Assembly (NCBI GenBank): GCA_973895155.1 | Contig: OZ316893.1 | Coordinates: forward strand, 3,764,490 to 3,828,489 | Reading direction: 5' to 3' | Length of the DNA: 64,000 nt | Origin: Marsupella aquatica | Lineage: Eukaryota; Plantae; Marchantiophyta | Part shown: positions 13,190 to 26,506 of the stretch, piece after piece | How the letters are laid out: every line of letters starts with the position of its first letter | Numbering within the stretch: the first letter of the stretch is position 1 | The notes under the pieces: generated by a model | What the model saw: only the letters and a program-made list of their open reading frames with translations | Databases searched by the model: none | Told to the model about the DNA's origin: nothing | Made by a program: the position numbers and the translations under genes

Positions 13190-14389
13190 TAATGGCCGGA
13201 ACCGTCCAGTGCTTGCAGGTCCCATCTTTTGAAAAGATAATAAAACAAAAAACGTGTTTTCCAACTCTCACCTATTCCGGCGAAAAGGAACTACTGTGCC
13301 AGAACAGAGTGAAACAACCCGGCTTGGGCGCATGAGACGTTGCACTACAGCACATACTGCTGCCAAAGGACATCTACTTTTAGCCGTTTGTTTTGCGAGT
13401 GTTGAGGACTGCAAAACAAAGGGCCTACGACATGCGAGTTGGACCGTTGAGCTACTAATGGGAGCCTTCTTCAAGACTGCTTGAGAGGACAGAACAGATA
13501 ATCAGGAGGTCTTAACCCTCAAAATTTGATGGACCTTAACCACTACGGATAGAACTTTTTGCCATAAATATTGGTCATATGTAATGACCATAAGTCACTC
13601 TAGAGGCTAGTGGGAAAAAAACTTTTCCAGAACCCTGTGTAAAAGTTATGAAATTTGATGATGGTCAAAAGCCATCATCAAGCTTTGAGATGGCCTATTA
13701 GGTACTGTACTCACACCGGACAGACTAGGTAGTGAAATGTTGGACACTTCACTTCACATATGGCTAGTGGCGCAATAACCAAAATACCTGTAACGGTTAT
13801 TATTATCTCTTCAGAATGCTCCTGGGCTGACCTGCTGGACATATCCTTGATAGCTTAGTTATTGCCGAGAGACTAAGTAAGGTTTTGCCATTCGACAAGG
13901 TATTGCCATTCAACAGATGAGCCTGAATACCCATTCTTTGAATATTAATAAAGATAACACACAAAAAAAAACTTGCAAAAGAATCTATGTTGTTCCCTTT
14001 CAACTTAGTTTGCCCCATCAGTGTTTTTGGGAGAGATATGCTTAGTAGACCTCCTTCTGGAAAATTTTTGCATAATCAACCCCCTCAATACTTTTCCCCA
14101 ATCTGGATCATTGATGGACCTTTCGATGTCAGATCTGGACCATTGATAGACCTCTATCAAGTAACAAGTTTCATTTTGGGGTCTATCAAGCAAATACCTC
14201 CTGTTTTTGGTATGCACTTCACTTTCAGTTTGTCATTATTAGTTTTGTGGTTATCTAGAATAAGTGTCCAGAGGCTTCACACTAGTAGCACTTTATAAGT
14301 AAGATTGTTTGATTGCTTCATTGAACTCGGAGACTAAGAAACCATATTCTCACAGAAGAAATCAAGTAGGGAATATCGATGGTGCAAGG

Positions 14390-15680
14390 ATGACAAGTGT
14401 CTCGGGAACTCGAGAATATGATAAAACGGCTAACTCGATCAGCATTCGCTCGAATGTCAGCATGAAACTACCATCATCAATCCTGCCCCAGGTACATCAG
14501 GAAACCGATAAAGACCGGGAGGAAGTTCCTGGGCAAGTGGAAGAGGTAGAGGATGAGTATGTGCTGTTGGACCTTGAAGATGTTTTCCATGGAGCAGGAC
14601 TTCCTGCCAATTGCCCTTACACCTTGTCGGTATTTTCTTCAGCCCGTTTCCATTTGCGCTTCCTTCATTTTCCTTCCTGTCAGTTGAACTTTTTTGTCAC
14701 CCGTATCCGAGCAACGAGCATGACTCAGATATCTTGTATAGCACCTGCAAGACGGGGTCTAGATTGAGAGTGGAAGGCACTGACCAGATGAAATTGGGTG
14801 TTGATTGTTTGCGATATCAGGGATTGGATACCATGAACCCCATCCTTACTCTTGGTGATCGTGGTCTGAAGCTGGTATGTTTTGAACCTTCGGTTTTGTA
14901 TGGCTACGTATTTTAGTAGAGTTGCTTCATTAAAAGACGTGATCCTCTTTGGGCAGATGTGTAGACTAACGACAATGTTGGTTAATCGACCTACTGTGAG
15001 TTTGGAGTGTCTGCCTGGTGTAGTTTATTTTCCTTCCAAGAGAGCATAGTAAGTGTTCCACTTCAGGGCAATAACGTAAAATTTCAAGCATTATAAGAGT
15101 CCATTCTAGACTACCATTGAAGCTCGTTGTCATGTTGATGATCCTGGGCAGTTGTTACATCTTCCTGTTGATCCCATCGCCCCTGCGATGTCGATCGGTT
15201 GGTAAATCTGTGTTCATTCTTTTGACAGAAAGGAGAGTACGAAGAAACTTTTGGACAATGCCTCGTCTTCACTCAACAAGGTTTATATCAAAGGCTTCCA
15301 CTTTTTCCGCTGTTCCGGTGCCTCTCATGTACCAAAAGTGTAGCTCTAGATTGTTCTTAACTGCCTGTTATTCAGTTGCAATCAGCGATAATCCCTAAAT
15401 TCAGTTCATCATAATTTTGGTGTTGTGCCTACTTTCCCTACGGACAAGTCTTTTTGCAAAAAAATTCTCTCGTTGACATGTTGCTGCTTTTTTATTCATT
15501 ACAGATGAAGAGATACGAATAGAAGAACCAGTCCATCCTGGTGAGGCTGGCGGCTCACTAAAGGCCAATCAGGACACTAATAGAAGGATCAATAGTCTCT
15601 GTAGGCTGGAGAAGAAGCTAAAGTTTCGAGTAATGAACGCCCCAGAGAAGGAGCCAGAAATTCTCCAGGGACTTCCATAG
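14390..15680 (+). CDS. TFIIIC subunit 6-like protein (exons ~14390-14629, 14821-14874, 15229-15280, 15505-15680; start codon uncertain)
   Basis: Acidic stretch, EYVLLDL, YTLS|GLDTMNPILTLG..LKL|KGEYEETFGQCLVF, and C-terminal CRLEKKLKFR: the TFIIIC_sub6 pattern. GT-AG introns are in frame. Confidence 0.82.
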
Positions 15681-16719
15681 AACCAAAGATCATAGGTTAC
15701 CATTTTTTATACACAATTTTTCTCTCTCAACTGGTAGTCAACGTTGCGTGTGGCTAGATGAGGCTGTACGAGCCACCAGGCTCCGCCTTGGTTGCACACA
15801 CTGTTTTTAGTCGTGGCCGCTCTTCAAGCGGAGGGTCAGAATTTAGACATGATGACACACAATTTTAAAAACCTCCAGTTACCAAATTATAGTTCCCTTG
15901 CGCTCAGAGGAATCGGCAGGTCAGCCCAGGAGTAACTTCGCTTTCGTTAGATACGGAGAAATTTTGGAGAAATGTGGAAAAGACCTCAAGAAAGCGATTT
16001 ACCATGAGATTGCTACAATGTGAAAATTGTTTAAATGTTTGGTGATTATTAAAGAAATATTTCGCCAGATCGAATCTAGTCCTTAAAGCGTTCTACTCCG
16101 GAGGGTTTATGTGGAGACACTTTCAAACCAAAGACTTTTAAATTTTGAGTCCTAAACTTCTATCCATCTTCCTTTCTCTTTGCACACATTCTGTGCAAAG
16201 AGAAAAAATTGAACTCGGATATTTTCGCCTGGCTTCAGTCAAAGTAAGCTAATTCTTTCACGACCGTATCCACGTCAAGGCAACTACTGGAGCGCTTATG
16301 CGAACCTTTCCAAAACTAGGGAGGAAACTTGAAGAAGGTATCGACAAACAATTCTACATATCTGTGAGCATACAGAACTTAATTTCGCAAATTTGTGATT
16401 GTTTATCAAGAAGCAACTCACAGAACTCTTTCGTTACATGTTATCCCGTGAACCTAGAAATTTAATATTGTCAACACTCACTGCGACCACCTATTTTCTT
16501 CCCAAATCCTTAGCGCCCGTTGCTCGCAAATTGTTGAATAGATGAAATGGTCCTTCAGGGTAGCAAGGGCTTAAACCGCCAAAGTTGCAGAAGTTCAAAG
16601 TCCGTCTCACAGGATTGCCATCGTCTCTCCAAAATAATGTCCTTCCTTTATCAAGCAAACAACGAAAAGAAGATTGTACTGCTTTAGAGTCACTTTCCAG
16701 CCATCACCTTTCAGTCTGG

Positions 16720-19254
16720 TCACCAGTAATCACCACAAGAACACACGCCATCTTTAAAATGGTGAAAGCGATTTGCATCCCTGGCTATAATCTCTCGTCC
16801 AGTCACCTTAGTGATAAATTTGGTTGCTGTATGGCAATCTGAACACACTCGAAGGTTCTTAAATACACGAATTGGTTTTCCCCGAGGTATGCGCATAAGT
16901 CCGTACGCAATAGCCAACTTCTCACTATGGGAGCAAAGAGCTACTTCTTTATCCACCTCATCGTTGTTCTGCAACACAATCTGGGTATCGGGAATGTAGC
17001 CTTCAATCTTCAGTTTCTCCATTAATTTATTTAACTCAGCATGTATCGCATTTGCTTCTGGGTGAGATGTGTCCCCTGCAAAAAAGTCATGTATCTTGTT
17101 ATCAATTTCGATCCAACTCCGCCCTGGCTCCTTCCGAACACCTCTTTCCTGCATCATGGTGCGCACCAATGACTTCTTCTCCCACTTACCAGCTGCAGCA
17201 TAGATGTTGGAAAGGAGCACATATGCAGGCGGGTAATTGGGTTCCAAGTTGAGAAGCTCTTTCGCGGCAAGTTCGCCCAACTCCACATTCACGTAAGTTC
17301 TGCACGCCCCAAGCAAGGCTTTCCAAGTTACTCCGTCTGGTTCAACTGGCATGTGACTGATGAAGAGCTGTGCCTCCTCCAAGTGGCCAGACCGCCCAAG
17401 AAGATCCACCATGCAGTTACAATGGACAACAGTAGGCTCGATGCCATAATCTCGCGTCATAGCTAAAAAGAGTCTACGACCGTTATCAAGAAGGCCTGCA
17501 TGACAACAGGCTGACAACACTGCCACGAATGAAGCACCGTCGGGCTTCACACCGACTGCATTCATTTTTCTAAAGAGTTCCAGGGCATCATGCCCACAAC
17601 CATGTTGTGCAAGTCCACCGATCATGGAGTTCCATGTGATTACATCGCGTTTCGTCATTCTGTCAAAAACTAGTCTGGCGTCATCTATACTGCCAGTCCT
17701 AGCATACATGTGAACAAGTGCATTGCCCACACGTAAATCTGATTCCAGTCCCGCCGTGCGAGCATGGCCATGAACCACCTTCACCCACTCCAATGGCCCC
17801 GCACTTGCAGATACATTCAGGATGCTAATGTAAGTGATTGCATCTGGTTCAAAGCCTTCGCGTCTCATTTGGAGAAACAGTCGGTATGCCTCCAGACCAC
17901 GACCACGTTCTGCATATGCTCCAATCATTATGTTCCATGTGATTACATCGCGTTGTTCCATTCTGTCAAACGTTAGTCTCGCATCGTCCATATTCCCACT
18001 TCCTGCATAAGCACCAATCATTGCATTCCATGTGATTAAATCACGATCGGTCAATTTTTCAAAAACTCGCTTTGCCTCCGTGATGCACCCACACTTCGCA
18101 TACATGTGAACTAGTGCATTGCTGACACGCAGATCGGACGCCAGCCCCGCTTTACGAGCATGGCCATGAACCTCCTTCACCCATTCCAAAGCCCCCCCAC
18201 TTGCAGCTGCATTCAGGATGCTCATATACGTGATTGCATCTGGGTGGAAGCCCTCCCGTCTCATTTGGAGAAAAAGTCGATATGCTTCCACACCACGACC
18301 ACGTTCTGCGTATGCACCAATCATTATGTTCCATGTGAATACATCGCGTGTTTCCATTCTGTCAAACATTAGTCGGGCATCAATCATACTGCCACTTGCA
18401 GCATACGCACCAATCATCACATTCCACGAGATCGAATTTCGATTAGTCAAGTTTTCGAAAACTTGCCTTGCATCCGCTATGCACCCACACTTCGCATACA
18501 TCTGAAGGAGGGCAGTCCCAACGCGCACATCTGATTCAAGACCAGCATGTCCGATACACGCATGAAGTTCTTTTCCCCACTTTAGAGCTGATGGGCTGGC
18601 ACATGCCTTCAGGATGCTCAGATATGTGATCTCATCAGGCCTCACACCTACTTGGAGCATTCGATTGAAAAGTTCCACTGCGGAGTCAGCATGATCATGC
18701 TTAGCATATCCTGCAATCATCATGGTCCAAGTAACAACACTCTTCTTCTCAAGTTCATCAAAAACTCGGCGTGCATCCAACAATTCCCCGCATTTCATAT
18801 ACGCATTCACCAGGGCGTTTGCCACAGATGGATTCTTATCGATTCCACTCTTGATGATGCAGTCATGAACCTGCTTGGCCGCTGAAAGGTCTTTCTGTTT
18901 CGAGCACATTTGGAGAACTTTAACATAAGTTTGCGTATGTGTAGTAATGCCTTGCTGTAGACGACTCTTCAAAATAGCAATTGCTTCACTCGTGGTACCA
19001 ATACTATGCATGTGATTACTGCCATTTCCTTGTCGAGTGCCTTGAGACAAATCTCCGGTGCCATCACTAGTTTGAGAATGCAATCTGCCTTGAGAAATTA
19101 ATTTGAGCCTTCCCTTCACCCATGCTGGCGTTGACCAGCCATCCACCTGAAGTGCTTTCATTGTCATCTTATGATTTAACTCAGGTACTTGAGGCTTCCT
19201 CTGTCGGCACAGCAACCCAGGGTCAGACCTGACTGATACCAGCACAAAATGCAA
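16720..19254 (-). CDS. PLS-class PPR protein with E1/E2 and DYW deaminase domains (C-to-U editing factor); true start probably a downstream ATG or an upstream exon
   Basis: P/L/S motif array, PG box KEPGRSWIE, HSEKLA, CSDCH and terminal CSCGDYW in one open frame. Confidence 0.96.
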   Translation of the reverse strand: MHFVLVSVRSDPGLLCRQRKPQVPELNHKMTMKALQVDGWSTPAWVKGRLKLISQGRLHSQTSDGTGDLSQGTRQGNGSNHMHSIGTTSEAIAILKSRLQQGITTHTQTYVKVLQMCSKQKDLSAAKQVHDCIIKSGIDKNPSVANALVNAYMKCGELLDARRVFDELEKKSVVTWTMMIAGYAKHDHADSAVELFNRMLQVGVRPDEITYLSILKACASPSALKWGKELHACIGHAGLESDVRVGTALLQMYAKCGCIADARQVFENLTNRNSISWNVMIGAYAASGSMIDARLMFDRMETRDVFTWNIMIGAYAERGRGVEAYRLFLQMRREGFHPDAITYMSILNAAASGGALEWVKEVHGHARKAGLASDLRVSNALVHMYAKCGCITEAKRVFEKLTDRDLITWNAMIGAYAGSGNMDDARLTFDRMEQRDVITWNIMIGAYAERGRGLEAYRLFLQMRREGFEPDAITYISILNVSASAGPLEWVKVVHGHARTAGLESDLRVGNALVHMYARTGSIDDARLVFDRMTKRDVITWNSMIGGLAQHGCGHDALELFRKMNAVGVKPDGASFVAVLSACCHAGLLDNGRRLFLAMTRDYGIEPTVVHCNCMVDLLGRSGHLEEAQLFISHMPVEPDGVTWKALLGACRTYVNVELGELAAKELLNLEPNYPPAYVLLSNIYAAAGKWEKKSLVRTMMQERGVRKEPGRSWIEIDNKIHDFFAGDTSHPEANAIHAELNKLMEKLKIEGYIPDTQIVLQNNDEVDKEVALCSHSEKLAIAYGLMRIPRGKPIRVFKNLRVCSDCHTATKFITKVTGREIIARDANRFHHFKDGVCSCGDYW

Positions 19255-21794
19255 GAGATTTCACGAGATGCAAGGAGTATATTTTTATTTTGTTTCTTAC
19301 GTCAAGACGACAGTTTTTCTACAATGAAACGCTCAGAAAAATATAGCAAAACGGTTACCTCTCTGAGTCTAAGGCTAGGACGCTACCTCCGTCCACAGAT
19401 ATATTTTCTTGTCTCTCTTGCTTTGCTGCGCTCTTTGGTACGGATAACTTGCAAAAGTGATATGACTCCGTGCCAATTGACAGTAACGGCTATCTGTCAA
19501 GCATGCAATGGCTTTAACATAGAACACAAATAACTGTCAAAAGAACATCCAGGTCGCTCAAACAAATTTAAAGCCTCGTCCATACTAAAGCACCCTGTTG
19601 CAGTCCTTTTGCTAAGATCATTCAAATTCCACCACATAAGGCCAGGTAACATACTGGACACTGAATGTAAACTCCAGGCAGTGCAAAATATCAGCAAGAG
19701 GTCCTCAGTTATCCATACTATCCATGCTCTACATACCACCCATACCGTCAGGTGGGAATGCAGGTGTCTCATCCTATAGCAACTCGGTGATAATAGCTTC
19801 TGTCGTTGTCAACAACGAGGAAACACTGCAACAAGAGAAGTTATTCTTCAGCTGCTGCATCTCCCTAATAATTACAGAACATGAAGTCATTGCTGTATAG
19901 AGATAGAGATGCCACACACCTTTAGCTGCATAGTGTCCAGACAATAGGCTCTGCTGGTCCAGAAGCTTGCCCGCCACGGCTTCTCCTTCCACTCCAGCAA
20001 TTTTTGCTATGGTGTAGACAGGGATCTGTCCAAATCATTTGAAAACTTTTCTTAACACACTCTATCTCGATCAGTGAAATTAACAAGCAAATGTCACCCC
20101 AATATGCACAACACACCAGATGAATAGGAAATCCAGGCTACTCATTGAGAACATTTGAAGTGAAAGTTATCATACGAAGACACAAACAATCGAGGTCTAT
20201 TGATAAGATTTCTAACATACTACGACTGACGACGACTTCCAGTTCACCTCCCCAACACTGTAATTTGAGAGTATGAAATGGTGAACAATATTTCTCACAT
20301 GCTACATGAATCTACCAGTGAATCTACAATCTGCTGGGTGGATAAGAATTTACGGATAGTGGATGAAATCTTCAGAACTGGACGACTAAATACTGGACTC
20401 GATCCGGGTACAATGCAGTTAACTATTCGGACAGGAGGGAGTGTCGGGTACAGAGAAACTATAGTAACATTCCTTCTCCTATCGCACGGTAGAAGTGATT
20501 GAGAAGGCATTCATCTATCCAACGGGTGCTCGCTGTAACTTACGACGAAGTCGGGGGGTCTTGCTTGGGTCTTTAAACACCATCTCACAATGTTTAAATT
20601 CATTCTTGTCTGCCCTGGGCCCCTCTTTGGAACCCTCAACTTATTTGATAGTCACCGCCACTAAGGTTAGGGCCGTAGTACGCTAGAAAGTGGACGCCAT
20701 ACTCACTTGTTGAAGAGCACTTCTGCTGCAAGATGGAAAGGGAAAAGGAAGGAGTCAGAAAACTAAATTGGCAAATCTGATATTCTAGCTATATGAACTT
20801 CTTTCGAGGTCATCGGTAAACTAGCAAACCGTTCACGAATTGTCGAAGCTTCGCAGTCTACAAGTCTGCCAGAGAGTCTATGGGTAGCCATAAAGTTTGA
20901 TCCATTTCAGTGCGACCGCACAGACAAACTTAATTATCCCCATGGTGACCCCAATCCTCCCTGCCTTCAAGAAAGTGATTTCTTCGTGAATCTTTGAACT
21001 AAACCACTTCACCGAAAGCATCGTCATGGATTGATTTTTCCACCGCGATAACATTATTGTGTTGTACTGCCCACCGTGACTTCAAAATTCAGATATATCG
21101 ACCTATTTACGTTCATTATTACACTCCGAGAGTGAAACTTTCAGAATCTGGCAGCAAAGCCGAATCCCTTCAGCTAGAATTCGTCTTATCACTGACGACA
21201 CATGCAGGGTGCGACCAAAATAATGAGAAATCAAAATATGTATTTACTCTTGTGCGCAACGGGAAAGAGGTGGCACCTTAGCAAGTACACCTTATTCCAC
21301 TACGTACCATCTTAATCTCTCGACTTCAAACAGTATGCAGCATCTCCCATCTACAGTAGTATTGTGACCCAAAATACAGAACGATGCCAGACTAAACGAC
21401 CCGTGTGGAAGATGGATCCACAAAGGTCCACTCAGCCTCAGGAAATGATCAACCCGGGATGCTGATCACCTCTTCCACTCACTAAGACCCTGTCAAAGAT
21501 ATTCCAAAGAAAAACAACAAACAAGGAAAAAAAATTTGGGGAGAATCGACTGACAACCAAGAAGAGCAAACAATCAAAACCCACCTTGCAGCAGACACAA
21601 AACCTGTGGCAGACCTCTCCACTGTACCTGCCTGCTGACTGCTTCTGCGAAGAATTGAGCACGAAGCACAACTGCAAAACCCTAAACAAACGTATCTCGG
21701 TTGTCCGGCTGAATCACAGCAATGTGATAAGACCATCCCAGCTCTGTGAAGCTCCCTTACAACTCAATTTGAGAGCCATTCCTCAAAGCCATCA

Positions 21795-22017
21795 ATTTTT
21801 TCATTCACCCTTCCAGGTTAAAGCTCGAAGTGAACGCTTCATTCTTCTCAAGGAAAGGTTGCGAACTGATGAGCAACGAGAGAGGGACATGGTATCGTCC
21901 TTCTGCGCTATACTAATCAGGCGAGATCCCTTTTTTAATTCACCGTTCCAGTTAGAAGCTCGCAGTGAACCGCTTCAATCTTCTCATAGAAAGATTGCGA
22001 ACCGATGAGCGAAGAGA
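21795..22017. repeat. Diverged ~130-bp-period duplication upstream of the PPR locus
   Basis: ttcacc.ttccag.ta.aagctcg.agtgaac..cttca.tcttctca..gaaag.ttgcgaac.gatgagc occurs twice. Confidence 0.7.
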
Positions 22018-23667
22018 ACATGTTGGCCCTAACCACCCAGTGTGAGTCGCCCTGCCCATAAGCCTTTCCGCCCTGTCCGTAAGCCTTTTCGCCGTGACCA
22101 TAAGCCTTTCGGCCTTGACGTCTTCGCCCGGCCCCCAGGTCCCAGCCCTTGGCCCTTTTACTCTGACATGCTCATTTTGGTGGTCCATGGGAGTTCGGGG
22201 ATTATAACTTGATAATTATGAGTCTTGAAATGATGTTGCCTTTTTCTCTGACAAGGCAACTAAAGAAGGACTCCATCAAAAAACACAAGCACTAATATTT
22301 TATATTAACACAATAAAAATTATTTAAATAAAATTACCCCTCATTCCATGTTGAATAACTCAACCAAAAATTCATTGTCATTTTGATGGAACCAAAATAC
22401 AAACCACAACTCCACAAGGAAGAAGTAGATGGCACACGATCAATCATGCCAGAGTGAGTCACAGCAAGGGTGCCAAAACATAAACCCAAACTCCATGACA
22501 CAAAGTTGATGGGGTTAGAGTCGGTGACAAAATGATAGAGTATTGGCTTATGTTTTGGCAAACTTGGGCTGGAGTGGGCAGTGTACGGGGCCCCGGAAAA
22601 TTGAGCGAACATTAACTTGGCATAGATTTAACGCACATTGGCCCCGGAAAAATGAGGGAACATGAACATTAACTTGGCATAGATTTAACGCACATTGTAC
22701 ACGACCTTTGAATGATTTTCTTTACCATGATAAACACAATTTGTTTAATATCACTAAGTGTTGTTTGTAGGTCCACCATGTGAATCAATATTCTATACCA
22801 TGATAAACACAATTTGGTTTGTATCACTAAGTTTTGTTCTTTGTAAAGATTGGGCTCCAGGATTTTGATGTGCAATAACAGAGAAGCCCCCTGTTGTATC
22901 TCCGGTAAGCAGAATACTGACCTTGTCTCCATTACATCACTGTTAACCACTTACATGGTGTAAACTGTTTATGCTTTACTTCAGTGCACATGTGTGTCAT
23001 ATTAGTGATAGTGACTTTGCTAAACAAATATCTGACATCGAAGGTCTTCATCGTCCGAGATTTAAGGTGATTTATCCACAGTTGACATGTTGGTCCCTAC
23101 ACTTATCGGATGCAAGAAATTGTCATGGAGTCAATTCGAGGTTACAACGTTGGGTCGTCAAACCGCTGGGTCACGTACCACAATCACCCTTAGAATGGAT
23201 AATGGTACGACCCCACGTTCTGGCTGCAGTGTTCACCGTTGGAATGTCAAAGGACTTGGGAGGAAAAAATTTGGAAAGTTGCACAAATTTAGAACCAGAG
23301 TCAGGGAGAAATGTGGTTCGTAGAACGTTACAATAATAGTTAACTGGTTTCTCAATGAATGAGGTGAGCCCCAGCCAATGAAACGCAGGCAAGAATACAT
23401 CTATGGTCCTAACTAAGGGTGATGAGTGATGACAACAGAGATCAACAGACAAGAGAGTAGCCTACAGTTACCCATAGCAGTGAGTGCAGGGAGAGAGTGT
23501 TTCCGTAAATCCCGCTTGGAGCAAAATGGCAAGATAGTATATAATGATCAAGGAATCTTGGTATCGCAAACTAAAATTTCCTAACTTTCTACAGTTCCAT
23601 CCATTTCATAAATACAAAATTCATTCACTAAGGTGTCTCGAAACTTGCATGAATGAGTAGGAAACAG

Positions 23668-25662
23668 CTACAGCAAACGGTCCAGATACTCGCTAGTGGT
23701 AGTATACTTTGTCTCAGGCCACAATGCATATGCTTCTACCCCATCAGTACCAAGATCTGATTTGTATCCCTGCACCAAGTAGTTGTAAATGAGAGCCGAG
23801 AAAAGGCTGGCAGGATACGGGGACTCTGCAACCACACAACAACGCCGTCAGTCTACTAAACAGCAATAAGCCACAAGGAAGTTCATGCGATGTGACATCA
23901 GCTGGAATAATTGGAGAGGAAGCACAGTTCCTTCCCTGCTATCCAGCTAGTTGGAGTGTTTTAACCGTGAGTACTCTGTAGCGACTTACAATAGATCTGC
24001 CAAAAATTCCTATCTTACTTTAAACTCTGTTTCAAAATCAAATGGCATTTGTTCAATTGAAGCTATACCTTCTATCGTCTTGACCAACTCCTCGTCAGGA
24101 ATGTACGTTTTCTCGAGTGTGTGCCCAATCTTTTGTTCCCACAGTGCCACTATCTCATTTTGGGATAAATATACGCCTGGTGGTCGTACATAGAGAGTCT
24201 TGTTCTCAGTTCTTGGATCATCAGCTGCAAGTATTGCATACGTTCCAATGTCGTCCTCATTGATTATTACAGCTGAAAGAGAACACAGACCGGTATGTGT
24301 TACTACTGCTCACACTTCGAAAAAAGATCGACCACCTGATTCGTTCAATGGGCTACTGAAGCAGAACCTAAATTTCTCCAAGCAATCGTCTGCATTAGTA
24401 ATTTAGTAAACCTTGACCATCACTCATACCTTTGGCATTGCCATCACCCCAGATTTCGATCTTATCCCTTGGGGGGGCTGTCAGGGCTTTCTGCCAAAGA
24501 TTGTCGAGATACCAATGGGCACCGGCACCAGAAATGACGAGTGTGTAAGGGACTCCTGACTTCCTTACAGCATCCACCACTACTGTTTTGTTGTCGAAAA
24601 TCACCTCATCTAATATCTTTAGTTTTCTGTCCGAATAATTTCCGAATTCCGACGGGATGAATCTCTGTAACCAGGACAAACCGATCCGACTTTTGTGAGT
24701 AAAATTGGTCATTACTTATGACATGTCATTAGAGGTCTAAAAGCTACTTTAGTATGAGACAGTCAGTTGGAAGAATTAGACACATGGGCTTGTGCAAGTT
24801 CCAAAAAACAACTGTACTGTAAAGCCAAATAGAATCAGTTCTTCAAATGGTATTTCCAACGTTGTGCCGCTGAAACACACCTTTATTGTTCCAACTTCTT
24901 TAATCGCCTCCAGGAGTTTCAGCTGGTCAAGGATCTGGGGTCTGCCCACCACGGAGATGACCACGTCCACTTTTTTCACGGCTGCGATGAGGCTCGCATG
25001 ATCAGTTATGTCTCCCTGTTCATTGACCGTAACACACAGGTAAATGCAATTAAACTAAAAAATTCTCTGAAGTTTTTGGAAAATTTCATGTCAAAGTAAT
25101 GATCGAAATCTCGCTCTTCAAATTTCTTGGGAAAGCGGTAGTCTGAAAGTTTTCGGATCACAAATTCACTACATACGAGTAGTCAATTGGAAGATTGTGT
25201 ACTCTCGCTCAGTAAACACTCCAGAGGTACTTCAACGTAAACATCCACACTTGCACGAGTACACCCAAAAGCGAAGAAAACAAATTAAAGGTAACAATAC
25301 GGTAAAAGTCCAAAGAAACTTTTCCAGGGAATGTGCAGGAACATCGAAGGCAGCTGTAGTACATTTCATTTGGATTTGACCATTCTACTCTCTACAGAGC
25401 TCATGGTTCTGTTGGATGATCCCGGCTGATTGCTGAGCAGCTAAGCTAGGGTCGAGTGATTCGAAAGGTGGCAGAAACTTACTTTGAGTAGAGTTACGCC
25501 GGCTTTCTGGAAAGAATCCAACATTGCAGCTTTGGCCGGGTCGGAAGGCGAAGGATCTCGCACCAGAACGAAGGTAGGATGGCCCAGTCGTGCACTAGCA
25601 AAAGTCACACTCCTGCCCACTTCGCCTGTGCCGCCCACGAGCAACACCCTGCTCGAACCCAT
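23668..25662 (-). CDS. NmrA-like / isoflavone reductase-PCBER family oxidoreductase (exons 25662-25483, 25015-24881, 24664-24430, 24272-24069, 23825-23668)
   Basis: VLLVGGTGEVG, GHPTFVLVR, VDVVISVVG, IKRFIPSEFG, GDGNAKAV, EDDIGTY, DPRTENK, WEQKIG, KYTTTSEYL; typical five-exon layout. Confidence 0.93.
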
Positions 25663-26017
25663 CGATCCTCAATGCCTCGATCAGTCACTCTAGCTACCCG
25701 AACGAAAATTGTTGAAGTCCAAGATCTCCTTTGTAACTTTCCAAAGAAACCTCTGCAAGCAATTCAACTCAGCAACTTGGAAGTATGCTTCAGAACTTCG
25801 TGCTGCTTTCAGCTCCGTGCATGAGTTCCGGCAGTTGATGGCAAAATTTATATGTAGCCTATTGTCTCCCATTCCTTCGATGTTGAAGGGATGTCCTGGT
25901 CGTTCTACTTCACAGTCATTCAGCGCAGCTGCTCGAGGACTTTCCTACGATTGACCATGCGCAGTCATGTTAGAAGTCCTGCTACGTCATAAAGTGCGAA
26001 GGTTCATGAACAATTGC

Positions 26018-26506
26018 TTAAACCACCACTGGCCATATAAAAGGAGTGTCCAAAACTTCTGACCTTTTCACAATACTCTTTACATTGAGATGTTGCTTCA
26101 CAATTTTGGGAAAAGTACAAAATATGGTGAAATCTGCGTAACCACTGTTTTGTCTTGGCTAGTGGTCGTTTAAACCACCCATATAAAAGGAGAAGTGACC
26201 AGACTTATCCCTTTTTGACATTATTCTCCTCTAGTCTAGAGACATTGTTTCACAATTTTGGGAAAAGTACTAAATATGGTGAAATATGTGTAACCATGTT
26301 TTTGTCTTGGCTAGTGGCCGTTTAAACCACCTGCACTAAGTGGCCATATAAAAGAAGTGTCCAGACTTCTCCCTTTTTTGACATTATTCTCCTCTAGGGT
26401 GAAACTTTGCTTCACAATTTCAGGTGTTCCACAATTTCAGGAAAAATATACTGAAAATGGTGAAACCTGGTGGATCCAGGTTTTGTGATGGACATTGGCA
26501 CTTGAA
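26018..26506 (+). mobile_element. Head-to-tail trimer of ~150-180 bp non-autonomous Kolobok-like mini-elements joined by TTAA
   Basis: TTAA(26018) ACCACCACTGGCCATATAA...GGCTAGTGGTCGT TTAA(26170) ACCACC...GGCTAGTGGCCGT TTAA(26322) ACCACC...GGATCCAGGTTTTG..GGACATTGGCACT TGAA. The ends resemble those of the element at 44918-55345. Confidence 0.72.

Noticed and set aside
16571-16581. TTAAACCGCCA matches the Kolobok left end
   Set aside because: The match stops after 7 TIR bases and no partner end was found.
21866-21875. CTGATGAG resembles a hammerhead ribozyme core
   Set aside because: No stem II followed by GAAA, and the duplicate copy reads CCGATGAG.
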